Source: a virus | Lineage: Duplodnaviria > Heunggongvirae > Uroviricota > Caudoviricetes | Strand: one strand, 5' to 3' | Virus record (IMG/VR): IMGVR_UViG_3300028585_000514 | DNA: 64,000 nt | Shown: positions 9,429 to 19,029 of the stretch, one piece after another | Layout of the letters: each line of letters begins with the position of its first letter | How positions within the stretch are numbered: position 1 is the stretch's first letter | Program-made: the position numbers and the translations under genes | Notes under the pieces: model-generated | Seen by the model: only the letters and a program-made list of their open reading frames with translations | The model's database searches: none | What the model was told of the DNA's origin: nothing

Positions 9429-9824
9429 TCAGCAGCACTTACACTTAGGCGGTCTTGGGATGAACGTCAGTTCTGTTGCTTGCATTCCTGCCAGCATCTT
9501 ATCGATTTGGGTCATTATCTTCACGTGTTGCTGCCGCGCCAAACGCATCGCTTCAATCTTAGCAGCTTCACGATCATCCGCGTAATCAATGTAGTAGCCT
9601 GTGTAACTCCCCATCGACGACGATTGCGGAGCCAGTTGACCGATTGGTCGACTCTGGATTGTACCAATGCCGAAGATACGCAGCTCACCGTTCCGCTCAC
9701 ACTTCTGGATCAGGCTGTCGCCAAAGTCACGAACTTCCAGCGACGTCGGCGTGATCTCGATGAAGAAGGAGACGAACTTGCGTTTCCGCAAGAAGTCTTC
9801 CTCTGTCGCATAGCGATCCGTCAT
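9429..9824 (-). CDS. hypothetical protein
   Basis: ORF coupled to the upstream gene. Confidence 0.65.
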   Translation of the reverse strand: MTDRYATEEDFLRKRKFVSFFIEITPTSLEVRDFGDSLIQKCERNGELRIFGIGTIQSRPIGQLAPQSSSMGSYTGYYIDYADDREAAKIEAMRLARQQHVKIMTQIDKMLAGMQATELTFIPRPPKCKCC

Positions 9825-10090
9825 AGCGTTGCCATGTTCGATGGCTCGGCCTTGTAGTTGGCCTTACGCATGATTTCCTGGATTTCGTACGCCTTGTCTT
9901 TGACTGCAGACTTAGCGTAGCGGCGAAGGGTGTTCCGAACCGTGTCCGTCACCGGGTCGCTGGTGGCTTCCCAGTTCTTGATCAGGAAGTTTCCATAGTC
10001 GACTTCCAGTTTCTTGCGCCAGTCCCATTCACGCTTCGCCAAAAAGGCGATGGTGAGGATGAAAATGGCGATGATGGTGTAGCCGATCAT
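9821..10090 (-). CDS. hypothetical membrane-anchored protein
   Basis: MIGYTIIAIFILTIAFLA N-terminal TM helix; ATGA overlap with ligase stop. Confidence 0.7.
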   Translation of the reverse strand: MIGYTIIAIFILTIAFLAKREWDWRKKLEVDYGNFLIKNWEATSDPVTDTVRNTLRRYAKSAVKDKAYEIQEIMRKANYKAEPSNMATL

Positions 10091-11526
10091 TTCTTTGCCT
10101 CGTCCTTGTCGGTGCGGAACGTCAGCAGCTGTGGGAAGCGGACCGAGTACCATTCGGTTTCGTCTTCAGCCAGCGTCAGTTCTTGACCTTCGATTTCGGC
10201 GATCTTGCCGCGGAACTTGTCCTTGTTCTGCCAGATGTAGTCGCGAACCACAGTGATCGCATCGTTCGTGGTCTTCAGGTTGATGCCGATCGATTCCATG
10301 AAATCGTCCAGCTTACCGCCACGAATCTTGAAGCCACCACAACGGGTGCGGACCTTGTTACCGTTCTCGTCGACACCGCTCAGGATGAAGCCGCCGAGCA
10401 GGCCTTCGTTCTTGGTACCTTTTTCGCCTTCGTAGAAGTCGTCGATCGTCAGGTCGATGGTGATGACTGGCTTCCATTTCCACCAGTTGCTCGAGCGTTT
10501 CCACTCGTAGTAACCGTCGACACGTTTCAGCATGGTGCCTTCGTAGCCGAGTTCAACCGCACGAGCATGGAAAGCACGGAGCTGTTCGATGGTCTCGCAG
10601 ATTTCGTACTCGGTCATGACGATCTTCGACTGGACCGCATCGCCGAACTTGGTGTTCCAGTAGCGTTGCAGCAGGTCGGCCATGTAGTCCGAGCGTTCTT
10701 GCTGGTTGCGATGGCAGGTCTCGGTATCCCACTCTTCGCGATCCAGCAGGTCGAATGCCTTGAGGCGCAAGTTTTCCTTGCCCAGGTCATTACCGGCTTT
10801 CTTGGCACGGATCGTTTCAGCGAAGTTCTCGCCTTCGATCTCGGTGTCGAGAACGATTGGGCCACCGTGCAGTGCAGCCAGCATGATGATCTCGTCATCG
10901 AACAGGCCTTGCCATTGTTCTTGCAGACGACCTTCGTACGAGAAGTACAGGACTGGATCGCCAGGCCGGATTGGCGAGAACACGATGGAGCGCAGGCCGT
11001 CGTGCTTGATTTCGATGCGAGCCGGAAGACCGACGTTCTTTTGGAAGTCGAATGGCGTGATGGTAATGCGACCGTCTTTGCCTTTTTTCTTCTTGTCTTC
11101 GACCTTTTGGCCTTTCATTGCCTTGAAAACCGGGACCAAGCCAGGGAACACCTTGTTCACTGTCGATTCGCTGAAGCCGGCCTTGGCATCTTTGTCGATG
11201 ACACGAGCCAGGTAACGTGCCGTCTCTTCAGTGTATTGACTGAGGACGTGGGTCACGGTGTTCTTGGCTGCATTGCCGGTCAGGGTGCGGGTGTGCAGGT
11301 CGTCGAGCAGTTTGAAGAACACTTCCGAATCGGCATCGGTCTTCGCATACTGCTGTGGCGGATCGTATTTCTTGACACCGAACACACGCCAGTTGCTGAA
11401 CATCTCGAGCATCAGGCGTTTGCCATCATTGTCAAGCAGAGCAATGGCTTCTTGCTTGACGGCATCGCTTCCGGTACCGCTGGCACTCTCGGCGGTCTTG
11501 AGAGCATGAACGAATGATTGGAACAT
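10087..11526 (-). CDS. lig: ATP-dependent DNA ligase (T4 gp30-like)
   Basis: EIKHDGLR (motif I), LDTEI, FDLL, YEGTMLK, WKRSSNWWKWK, C-terminal OB fold with SVRFP. Confidence 0.93.
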   Translation of the reverse strand: MFQSFVHALKTAESASGTGSDAVKQEAIALLDNDGKRLMLEMFSNWRVFGVKKYDPPQQYAKTDADSEVFFKLLDDLHTRTLTGNAAKNTVTHVLSQYTEETARYLARVIDKDAKAGFSESTVNKVFPGLVPVFKAMKGQKVEDKKKKGKDGRITITPFDFQKNVGLPARIEIKHDGLRSIVFSPIRPGDPVLYFSYEGRLQEQWQGLFDDEIIMLAALHGGPIVLDTEIEGENFAETIRAKKAGNDLGKENLRLKAFDLLDREEWDTETCHRNQQERSDYMADLLQRYWNTKFGDAVQSKIVMTEYEICETIEQLRAFHARAVELGYEGTMLKRVDGYYEWKRSSNWWKWKPVITIDLTIDDFYEGEKGTKNEGLLGGFILSGVDENGNKVRTRCGGFKIRGGKLDDFMESIGINLKTTNDAITVVRDYIWQNKDKFRGKIAEIEGQELTLAEDETEWYSVRFPQLLTFRTDKDEAKK

Positions 11527-11591
11527 CTATTATCCTTGTTGTGAGTGATTAGAGAATTCTAACTCAATGGTGGAATAAGTCCTACGAGAAA

Positions 11592-12380
11592 TTACATCCC
11601 AAGGAAGAACTTCTTCGCTTCCGTGTGATTGCGGAACGAATCTTTGGTTTTCGGATTGATAACATCCTGCCATTTACCGTTGACAAGTCCTTGGCTTGTA
11701 TAGCGAGGTTTCGAAGCCATCGTGCCGAGGAGTTTGCCATCAGCATCGTAGTACTTATGAATGAACCAGCCGTTGTTGCCTTTCGACAGAACCATCTTCA
11801 CGCCGTTGACCGAGCGCTTTTTCTCCATCGGCTTCGGGGCACGAGGATTGACCTTGACTTCTTCTTCAAGTACGATGGTGGACTGGTTGAAGTCGACGTT
11901 GTTCACGAACTGTTCGCGCAAGGCGCGGTACAGCTGTTGGAAATATTCGCCGTGGCTAGTTTCGAATGCTGCGGTGATTTTGAAAGCGTTGCGGACACGT
12001 GGACTGTCATCAAAGGCCCATACGATCGCATGGGTGATTTCGTGTGCACAATCAGCGTATATGCATTTGTCCCATGGGCCAGTGAATTCACCGATGGTGG
12101 GATCATTCTTGTAGTGCGCGTATTCGTGATGAGTGTAGGGCTTATTGTTACGCAGTGCCTCAGTTACTTTGGCAACCGCCATGGTAACGAATGCTTCATC
12201 GCGGCGAATACCACCGCGGGAGGCACGACGTTTTGGAGAGAAGTCGACGCGGACGTTTGGAAAGAAGATGTGGCCGGTTTTCATTTCGAACCAGCGAGCC
12301 ATCGACCGAATGGCTTGGTGAACAACACGGTCAACGAGTTCGGTTGGGGTACCAGTTCGGACGTTTTGATTCATGGTCAT
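11592..12380 (-). CDS. SprT-like HExxH zinc metalloprotease-domain protein
   Basis: AHEITH followed by HGEYF, the SprT-type arrangement. Confidence 0.6.
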   Translation of the reverse strand: MTMNQNVRTGTPTELVDRVVHQAIRSMARWFEMKTGHIFFPNVRVDFSPKRRASRGGIRRDEAFVTMAVAKVTEALRNNKPYTHHEYAHYKNDPTIGEFTGPWDKCIYADCAHEITHAIVWAFDDSPRVRNAFKITAAFETSHGEYFQQLYRALREQFVNNVDFNQSTIVLEEEVKVNPRAPKPMEKKRSVNGVKMVLSKGNNGWFIHKYYDADGKLLGTMASKPRYTSQGLVNGKWQDVINPKTKDSFRNHTEAKKFFLGM

Positions 12381-12413
12381 CGTGCATTTCTCAAAGTGCG
12401 TTTCAATAGAGTC

Positions 12414-12442
12414 ATTATACTCCGCACTTCAAGAAATGTACA
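12414..12442 (-). promoter_or_regulatory. early promoter TGTACA-N17-TATAAT
   Basis: Perfect consensus. Confidence 0.75.
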
Positions 12443-12449
12443 ACGAATT

Positions 12450-12830
12450 TTATGCTGCGTACAGCTTGCGGGTTTTGTCCTCGAGGGCGTTGATCATCGG
12501 TACCGCGGAAATGACCACGTCCTCGCGGGACAGTAGTTCCTTGGCGCGTTCCAAGGTTTCCAGGAGTTCCGGCGTTTCTTCTTGCAGCCGGATTTCACGC
12601 CCATCCGGCAAAGTGCGAACGATCATCGCCAGCGAAACTTCCTTGCAATCGCCTTCGTGTTCGACATGAACCGAAGTGCAATCGTGGCCGACGCGACGTT
12701 CGAGTTCAGCGCAGTGATCGCTGAAGACCACTGGACCGAGTGAGATGTGGCGAAGCTTTTCGCCTTCTTTCAGGTCGCGCTTCAGGGCAAGTTCGATGTC
12801 CTTGACCAGGGATTTCAGTTGAGCACTCAT
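12450..12830 (-). CDS. hypothetical protein
   Basis: ORF in the early arm. Confidence 0.7.
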   Translation of the reverse strand: MSAQLKSLVKDIELALKRDLKEGEKLRHISLGPVVFSDHCAELERRVGHDCTSVHVEHEGDCKEVSLAMIVRTLPDGREIRLQEETPELLETLERAKELLSREDVVISAVPMINALEDKTRKLYAA

Positions 12831-12888
12831 GATTATTCTCTTTTCTGAAGAACGGTCCCGAAGGACCGTTTGTGTTCAAGCAGTGATA

Positions 12889-13398
12889 TTACTGCGCGGT
12901 GCCTTCGGTGCCTTCAGCAGCCGGCGTCGTGGTAGCCTTTTCCTTGGCTTCCTTTTCGGCGGCTTCTTCTTCAGCTGCGGCCATGGCTTCTTCGGTCACC
13001 GATTCTTCGATGGACTCGGCGATTGCCGTTGCGGCATGCAGGCCGTGGGCGTTGTAGACCTTTTCGGTACCGGACTTGCGGCTGTCGGTGTAGACGACGG
13101 ACACCTCGACCAGGCCTTCGTCCGCATAGGTCGCGATCGTGTGGAAGCTGGTTTCACCCTTGATCGTGACGGCGCCGGTCTGGATGTCGACGAGCGACTT
13201 GCCTTCGCGGGAACCTTGTTCCAGGAGTTTCAGGCCGATCTTGCGGACTTCGATTTCATTCTGCAGCTGCTTCATCTTGGCTTCGCGCCATTCAGCAGGA
13301 GTGGTCGGCTTCTCGCCACCACGGCGACCGATCAGTGCTGCGCAGAGGAGGGCACCCAGAGGGCCGTTGGCGAGGATCGAGGCTGCGGATTTGTTCAT
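12889..13398 (-). CDS. hypothetical protein with acidic/Ala-rich tail
   Basis: SD GGGAGA before ATG 13398; hairpin AACGGTCC-CGAA-GGACCGTT downstream. Confidence 0.7.
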   Translation of the reverse strand: MNKSAASILANGPLGALLCAALIGRRGGEKPTTPAEWREAKMKQLQNEIEVRKIGLKLLEQGSREGKSLVDIQTGAVTIKGETSFHTIATYADEGLVEVSVVYTDSRKSGTEKVYNAHGLHAATAIAESIEESVTEEAMAAAEEEAAEKEAKEKATTTPAAEGTEGTAQ

Positions 13399-13464
13399 GA
13401 AATTTCTCCCATTAAGGTTTTGAGCATTATTGCTCGGGTTATTCAACTCGATTGAGCAGAATTC

Positions 13465-13647
13465 TTATTTGTGCATCTTCATCAAGGTAGCACGGACCTC
13501 GAACAGGATGATCGCGATGATGATATTGAAGAACATCATCGGGGTCTCGTTTGCCGAAGCACTACCGTATGCAGCGATGACGAAGTACACGATTGCGATC
13601 GTCGTGACTACACGAGTGATGAACAGTTGCGTATTGCTGAATGACAT
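13465..13647 (-). CDS. small two-TM membrane protein
   Basis: Two hydrophobic segments, SD AAGGA. Confidence 0.65.
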   Translation of the reverse strand: MSFSNTQLFITRVVTTIAIVYFVIAAYGSASANETPMMFFNIIIAIILFEVRATLMKMHK

Positions 13648-13659
13648 TCTGTTTCCTTG

Positions 13660-13839
13660 TTAGGAGTTGTACACACGACCGGCAAGGCGGATGTTATCGT
13701 AAATCTCGAATGCTTTGTTACGTTCGTTGCCGAGGTCGCATTCACGAGCATATTCGTGTGCTGCTTTCTCCGCTTCTCGCATTGCAACATTGCGAGCCAC
13801 CTTCAAGCGAGCCAGTTTTTGTTCTTGGGTTTCTTCCAC
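13660..13839 (-). CDS. hypothetical 59-aa protein (not in ORF track)
   Basis: SD AAGGAG plus GTG; MEETQEQKLARLKVARNVAMREAEKAAHEYARECDLGNERNKAFEIYDNIRLAGRVYNS*. Confidence 0.65.
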   Translation of the reverse strand: MEETQEQKLARLKVARNVAMREAEKAAHEYARECDLGNERNKAFEIYDNIRLAGRVYNS

Positions 13840-13852
13840 GTTAACTCCTTGA

Positions 13853-14272
13853 TTAGTAGGTGAACGGATAAACCGAGTTGGCGTAGGTCATGAACTCGAT
13901 CGAGAAATCTTCAGCCGAGTTGTTTTTCAGCAGACCGAGACGCTTGGCATAGCAGTACGGACCTTCACGATCGAACTTGGTCATCGCTTGTGCCAGGTAG
14001 TGGAAGCAGATTTCGGTTTCGTCTTCCCACATCTCGTCCATCAGGGCAATCTTCACGCTACGCGGCATTTCCTGAGGCAGGTGATAATCGACGCGAACGT
14101 TCACCAGGCGAGCTTCGAAGGCACGTGCTTTACGTTCCGTGTCGAAGGCTTCGTCGGTCATAGCTTCCAAACGACGGACATTTTCCATGACACCGATCGA
14201 CATCGAACCCAGGACACGACCACGAACTTCGTTGCGGTGCATCATGTGAGCGATCGTTTGAGTGCGGTTCAT
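13853..14272 (-). CDS. hypothetical early protein
   Basis: SD GGAGA before ATG 14272; own promoter. Confidence 0.7.
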   Translation of the reverse strand: MNRTQTIAHMMHRNEVRGRVLGSMSIGVMENVRRLEAMTDEAFDTERKARAFEARLVNVRVDYHLPQEMPRSVKIALMDEMWEDETEICFHYLAQAMTKFDREGPYCYAKRLGLLKNNSAEDFSIEFMTYANSVYPFTY

Positions 14273-14303
14273 ATTATTCTCCGTGTTTGTTGATGTTGAA
14301 GCT

Positions 14304-14332
14304 ATTTTAACCAAGTTTCTTGAACTTGTACA
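14304..14332 (-). promoter_or_regulatory. early promoter TGTACA-N17-TAAAAT
   Basis: Consensus match. Confidence 0.7.
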
Positions 14333-14334
14333 AT

Positions 14335-14640
14335 TTATTTTGCGAAGAACAAGACGATGTTTTGGATTTGCTGTTCCGCGAAATCGTAGTCGTCTTCGCA
14401 AGCACGATTCATGTGGAAGAGGGTCGCTTCACGCATCAGGCGGCTGACTTCACGTTCCTGGCCGAGGGTTTTCGCCGTGACGATCTGGGTAATCAGATTC
14501 ATCAGGTTGGTTTCGGCGACGAATGGAGCTTCCCAGCGATTGGTCTGTTCATGTTCGCGAGCTTGTGCTTCAACACCGTGAAGCGGGCAATCTGGGTCTT
14601 CGCTGATGAAAGGACCACCGATCTGGAAGCACTGACACAT
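14335..14640 (-). CDS. hypothetical early protein (CxC...DPDCPLHG)
   Basis: SD AGGAGA before ATG 14640; possible Zn-binding motif. Confidence 0.7.
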   Translation of the reverse strand: MCQCFQIGGPFISEDPDCPLHGVEAQAREHEQTNRWEAPFVAETNLMNLITQIVTAKTLGQEREVSRLMREATLFHMNRACEDDYDFAEQQIQNIVLFFAK

Positions 14641-14675
14641 ATTATTCTCCTGCAAGTTTGTTGTCGTTGGATGCT

Positions 14676-14704
14676 ATTCTATTCACGTGTTCTTGAATTG
14701 TACA
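14676..14704 (-). promoter_or_regulatory. early promoter TGTACA-N17-TAGAAT
   Basis: Consensus match; back-to-back with late promoter GATAAATA 14739-14746 on +. Confidence 0.7.
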
Positions 14705-14782
14705 TAGCTATCCGCAATAAATTACTAAATTTTTCGTCGATAAATACCTTCACAACATACTCATATCCTAGAGGAATCTTCC

Positions 14783-15259
14783 GTGTCCAAAAAGAACGCC
14801 CCGCCACTGATCCTAGAAGAGATTCAAGGTCGTGCAAATTACCTATACTTGACACTGATCGAGTACAAGAAAGAAAAGTACCTCACGATTATCGACAACA
14901 TTTCCGGCAGTGACATCTCTGCCTTCGTTCTTGATTACGCTGAGGCAGAGAACATCGATACCGCTTGGTTCCTAAGCGTTGCAAATATCTGGTACTACAA
15001 GTCAAGTGAAAAATATCCATTGTCGTTTGAGTTTGCTAAACTTGGCGTCAAGAACAAAGTGTCGCCAATCCTTCGCACCTTCAACATCGACCACGTGTCC
15101 CGTATGATCGGTAAAATCTTCGTGTACGACATCGACTCGAAACCAAAGGTCAAGCGTAAGCGCGTCAACCTAATTCCATCATCAGTGGAAATCAAGCTTA
15201 AGAAAAATAAAGAAGCTACTGTGATCCGTTCCGGTGGCGACATCGACTTCTCGCAATGA
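14783..15259 (+). CDS. hypothetical protein (late operon leader)
   Basis: GTG start with SD GAGG; late promoter at 14739; ATGA overlap with carbamoyltransferase. Confidence 0.75.
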   Translation: MSKKNAPPLILEEIQGRANYLYLTLIEYKKEKYLTIIDNISGSDISAFVLDYAEAENIDTAWFLSVANIWYYKSSEKYPLSFEFAKLGVKNKVSPILRTFNIDHVSRMIGKIFVYDIDSKPKVKRKRVNLIPSSVEIKLKKNKEATVIRSGGDIDFSQ

Positions 15260-16728
15260 AAACACTCGGCATCGTATCCCTTGGCCATGACGCATCATTG
15301 GCCCTAATCGAAGATGGAGAAATCCTTTTCGCTGGACATGCTGAGCGCTACAGCCGAGTAAAGAACGACGGTGACCTGAACCTTGCTTTACTCGGCGATA
15401 TGTATCGCTATGGCAGCCCAGATCAAATTGTCTGGTATGAGCGCCCAATGCTCAAGCTTTCGCGCCAACTCGTTTCCGGTCAGTGGTCTGGCTTAAAAAC
15501 ACAATCGGTGAAAAAGCATCTCAAAGGCCTAGGTCTTGACAAGCTTCCGCTCCATAAAGTTGGCCACCACGAAAGTCATGCCGCCGCTGGCTATTACACC
15601 TCAAAATTCCAAGATGCTTCGATCCTAGTCTGTGACGCGATTGGCGAATGGACTTGCATCAGCATTTGGCAAGCCGAAGGTGAGAACATGAAGCAAGTGT
15701 TCAGTCAGAATTATCCAAACAGTCTTGGTCTCCTATACTCCGCTATGACACAGCGCGTCGGCAAGAAGCCGAACGAAGAGGAATACATCATGATGGGTAT
15801 GGCTGCACTCGGTACCCCTAAGTATGTACAAGACATCTATAATGACTTCATCTACGATGACAAGGGTGCTCCACACTTCGAGCTTGTGCATAATGTCCAT
15901 CGCGGCATCCGCTGGTGGAAGCCAGAGCTCACTTCAGAGCAAGACCTATATGATATTGCTGCCTCAATGCAGAAAGTCACTGAGGACTATCTAACGAATA
16001 CTGCGGCTTGGATTCGCTCCAATCTTCCGTCTAAGAACTTGATCCTATCCGGTGGTGTGGCATTGAACTGCAAAGCCAATACTGAAATCGCTAAGCTCAA
16101 TCTATTTGAGAACATCTGGATCATGCCTAACCCAGGCGATGCCGGTTCTTCGATTGGCGCTGTTGCTGCTTTCACTAAAGAGCGCATCAACTGGGAATCG
16201 CCATACCTAGGCTTCAACATCGAGCGTGAGCTAGACATCAATGCGGTTGTTGAATGTCTTGCGAATGGTGAGGTGGTTGGTATCGCAAATGGTCGCGCAG
16301 AGTTTGGCCCACGCGCACTTGGCAATCGTAGCTTGATCGCTGACCCACGAGGTCCTGATGTTAAGGATCGTGTGAACACGGTGAAGAAGCGCGAGATGTT
16401 CCGCCCATTCGCCCCAGTGATCATGGAGCATTTGGCTCACGAGTATTTCGAAATGCCGGTTGATGCTGCTCCATATATGCAGTTCACCGCAAAGTGCAAA
16501 CGTCCTGATTTGTTCCCGGCGATTTGTCACTACGACAATACGTCACGAGTGCAGACCTTGACGCGTGAGCAGAACCCGACGTTCTATGCTTTGCTCGAAG
16601 CATTTTATGAAAAGACTGGTTGCCCGATCATCCTCAACACTAGCTTGAACATCAAAGGCCAGCCATTGGTAAATACTTGGTCTGATGCGGAAGCGTTCGG
16701 CAAACACTACGGTGTGAAGGTCTTCTGA
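15256..16728 (+). CDS. carbamoyltransferase (NodU/CmcH/TobZ family)
   Basis: HDAS, ERYSRVKND, HHESHAA, DAIGE, SLGLLY, GGVALN, PGDAGSSIG, EFGPRALGNRS, KKREMFRPFAP, LNTSLN. Confidence 0.96.
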   Translation: MKTLGIVSLGHDASLALIEDGEILFAGHAERYSRVKNDGDLNLALLGDMYRYGSPDQIVWYERPMLKLSRQLVSGQWSGLKTQSVKKHLKGLGLDKLPLHKVGHHESHAAAGYYTSKFQDASILVCDAIGEWTCISIWQAEGENMKQVFSQNYPNSLGLLYSAMTQRVGKKPNEEEYIMMGMAALGTPKYVQDIYNDFIYDDKGAPHFELVHNVHRGIRWWKPELTSEQDLYDIAASMQKVTEDYLTNTAAWIRSNLPSKNLILSGGVALNCKANTEIAKLNLFENIWIMPNPGDAGSSIGAVAAFTKERINWESPYLGFNIERELDINAVVECLANGEVVGIANGRAEFGPRALGNRSLIADPRGPDVKDRVNTVKKREMFRPFAPVIMEHLAHEYFEMPVDAAPYMQFTAKCKRPDLFPAICHYDNTSRVQTLTREQNPTFYALLEAFYEKTGCPIILNTSLNIKGQPLVNTWSDAEAFGKHYGVKVF

Positions 16729-16779
16729 TTTTGCGTGGATAGATAGTATAATACGTCCACACCATAATAAGAGAACCCA

Positions 16780-18945
16780 ATGGCATTAGATGTAATTTTT
16801 CTATTGGATGGTTCCGCAAGAAGCGTTGCGTACTTCAATAAGCAAAAGGAGAATATCCCATATGCTAGGAAGTTCGTAACGCAACTTACCGGAATACAAG
16901 CCTATAAAGCGGCTAGCAAAGTCGCTAACACTTCAAACTTCTACATCGTCGATCATGACTTCATAGTCTACGACGAATTCAAATTCGAATACATCCCAGA
17001 GCAGTTTGACAAGAACTACGTTCATGTTTGGGGGTACTACGACAATACTGACAACCCTCGAATAACCGTCGACCCATGGCATGGTGGTGTTTTTCTATTC
17101 AACAAAGCAATGCTTCGTTCGGATGCTGACTCTTTAGATAAGTTAGGCGATGGCGTCAAATACCATGACGAAACGATTTCTCGTGTTGCTCCTCTTGATG
17201 TGATCATCGCTTCAGTCAATGGCGCGGGCTTTAGCAACACTAGGAAATCTATTGAGCGCTTCGCTGAATGTAAAGTGGTTTACGGTTCGACACATACCGA
17301 AGCTTTTGCCAAAGCAAACGAGGTTGCTGAGACCGAGAACTACTATGTAGTTGACGCACGTTTCATTCCTACGATCTTCCCATTCAATTTCCGCCCACAC
17401 GATTTTGATGCCAAGTATGTTCATGTATGGACTTGTTTAGATGAAGATTTCAATCGTCGTCATGGCGGTATTGCGCTACTAAACCGTAGCACATTCACCG
17501 AACAAGACTATGAGTACAGCTTTGGTCCCGATGTTAAGCTAATGGACTTCGCGGCTTCATACTACGACATGGAGCAAGATTCGATCATCTTCCTCTCGTA
17601 TGATGAACCGAATGCAGAAGAAAATTGGCGTTTGCTGAAGAGTCGTTTCCCTAGAGCGAAGCGAGTTCATAAGGTCGAAGGCATCCTCAACGCGCATAAA
17701 AAGGCAGCAGAGATTGCAGAGTCATCAAGCTTTTTCGTAGTTGACGGCGACTCAGAAATCCTTCCAACGTTTGATTTCAAAATTGATTCATCAGCGTATG
17801 ACAAGCTTCACTATGTCCACATTTGGAAGTGCTTGAATCCTGTCAATGGATTGGAGTACGGCTATGGCGGTGTGAAGATGTTCCACAAAGCGATGTTTGA
17901 TAATTTCGACGAAGCGATTGTCGATATGTCAACGTTGCTCGGTGAAGGTGTGAAGTTGATCGATGAAGTTGCTACTGTAACCCGATTCAACTCCGACGAG
18001 TTCCATGCGTTTCGAGGTGCGTTTCGTGAATGTACTAAGCTATCGAGTGGCGTCATTAAGAACCAAGATAATACCGAGACCTTAGAGCGTTTGAATGTAT
18101 GGACTACGGTTGGCAATGGCCAATATGCTGATGCCGTCCTTGGTGGTGCAAATCTAGGTAAGGAGTATGGAGCCAAATACGCGGATGACATTGGCAAGCT
18201 TCAGGCGATTAATAAATTCGACAAGCTGTATCAAATCTTTAGAGAATACAAAATGAATAACAAGAAACAAGAATTGCTGCATGATCGGTTCCGTAAGATC
18301 GACGTGATGACGCTGATCAATATGACGAATGCGCTGTATCGTCCTGAACTGGATTTGAAGTTGGAAGAGGTTCGAGACCTACTAAGCTCAAACGAACTTC
18401 TCAGCAAATTCTGGATGGTGGATGAGGTCAACAACCTCGGCCTCAATACTGACTTGAGAGCATTGATCGTTGAAGGCGGCTTTGGTACGCTTGGCAACTT
18501 CCTTCTTCAGTACAGCAAGGATAAGGTAGAACGCGTCCTGAGCACTGATATTCGATGGAAGTGTGAACCAGTTGCCGATGCTTTGAATATCGATCAGGTG
18601 ATCAACGAGTGGCGTTTTAAGGCTGTCACTGGTGATCCAATGATGATCGACTATACGAACATCGAAGGCGGCATCGATACCGACGAAGGTCGTCTACGTT
18701 TGCATATCGACTATAACATTCTTCTGGCTCCGCATTGTGAGCAGCTTCACAACATCGAAGAATGGAGTAAATTGATTCCGGAAGGCAAATTGATTGCTGC
18801 GCAAATGATCCATACTGGGGATTACAACTCAACCGAAGTAGCGATTCAGCAATTCAAAAAGGATTTGAACCTCACCGAGATTCGATTTGAAGGCATTCTT
18901 CCATGTGAAGTGTATGACCGATTGATGGTGATCGGCATCAGATAA
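16780..18945 (+). CDS. three tandem GT-A-like glycosyltransferase repeats plus C-terminal SAM-methyltransferase-like domain
   Basis: Repeat unit A....A.T..FYVVD.D/F...YVHVW...GG+.+ occurs three times (third intact: SYDEPNA, VDGD, NGLEYGYGGVK); C-terminal SKFW, LIVEGGFGTLG, STDI, HCEQL Rossmann-like; paralog of 62159-63082. Confidence 0.65.
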   Translation: MALDVIFLLDGSARSVAYFNKQKENIPYARKFVTQLTGIQAYKAASKVANTSNFYIVDHDFIVYDEFKFEYIPEQFDKNYVHVWGYYDNTDNPRITVDPWHGGVFLFNKAMLRSDADSLDKLGDGVKYHDETISRVAPLDVIIASVNGAGFSNTRKSIERFAECKVVYGSTHTEAFAKANEVAETENYYVVDARFIPTIFPFNFRPHDFDAKYVHVWTCLDEDFNRRHGGIALLNRSTFTEQDYEYSFGPDVKLMDFAASYYDMEQDSIIFLSYDEPNAEENWRLLKSRFPRAKRVHKVEGILNAHKKAAEIAESSSFFVVDGDSEILPTFDFKIDSSAYDKLHYVHIWKCLNPVNGLEYGYGGVKMFHKAMFDNFDEAIVDMSTLLGEGVKLIDEVATVTRFNSDEFHAFRGAFRECTKLSSGVIKNQDNTETLERLNVWTTVGNGQYADAVLGGANLGKEYGAKYADDIGKLQAINKFDKLYQIFREYKMNNKKQELLHDRFRKIDVMTLINMTNALYRPELDLKLEEVRDLLSSNELLSKFWMVDEVNNLGLNTDLRALIVEGGFGTLGNFLLQYSKDKVERVLSTDIRWKCEPVADALNIDQVINEWRFKAVTGDPMMIDYTNIEGGIDTDEGRLRLHIDYNILLAPHCEQLHNIEEWSKLIPEGKLIAAQMIHTGDYNSTEVAIQQFKKDLNLTEIRFEGILPCEVYDRLMVIGIR

Positions 18946-18965
18946 ACCACCAAGTACCAAATAAC

Positions 18966-18993
18966 AAGGCTACCCTCGAGGTAGCCTTTTTTG
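18966..18993 (+). terminator. intrinsic terminator
   Basis: AAGGCTACC-CTCGA-GGTAGCCTTTTTT. Confidence 0.8.
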
Positions 18994-19029
18994 TTTCAAA
19001 TAAATAAGTTAATCATAAAGGTACCTACT

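Noticed and set aside
10183-11517. Long antisense ORFs (444 aa here; also 2867-3991, 11625-12536, 30975-31874, 48750-49508, 55535-56842)
   Set aside because: They mirror well-supported genes codon for codon; expected from biased codon usage; no motifs or SD
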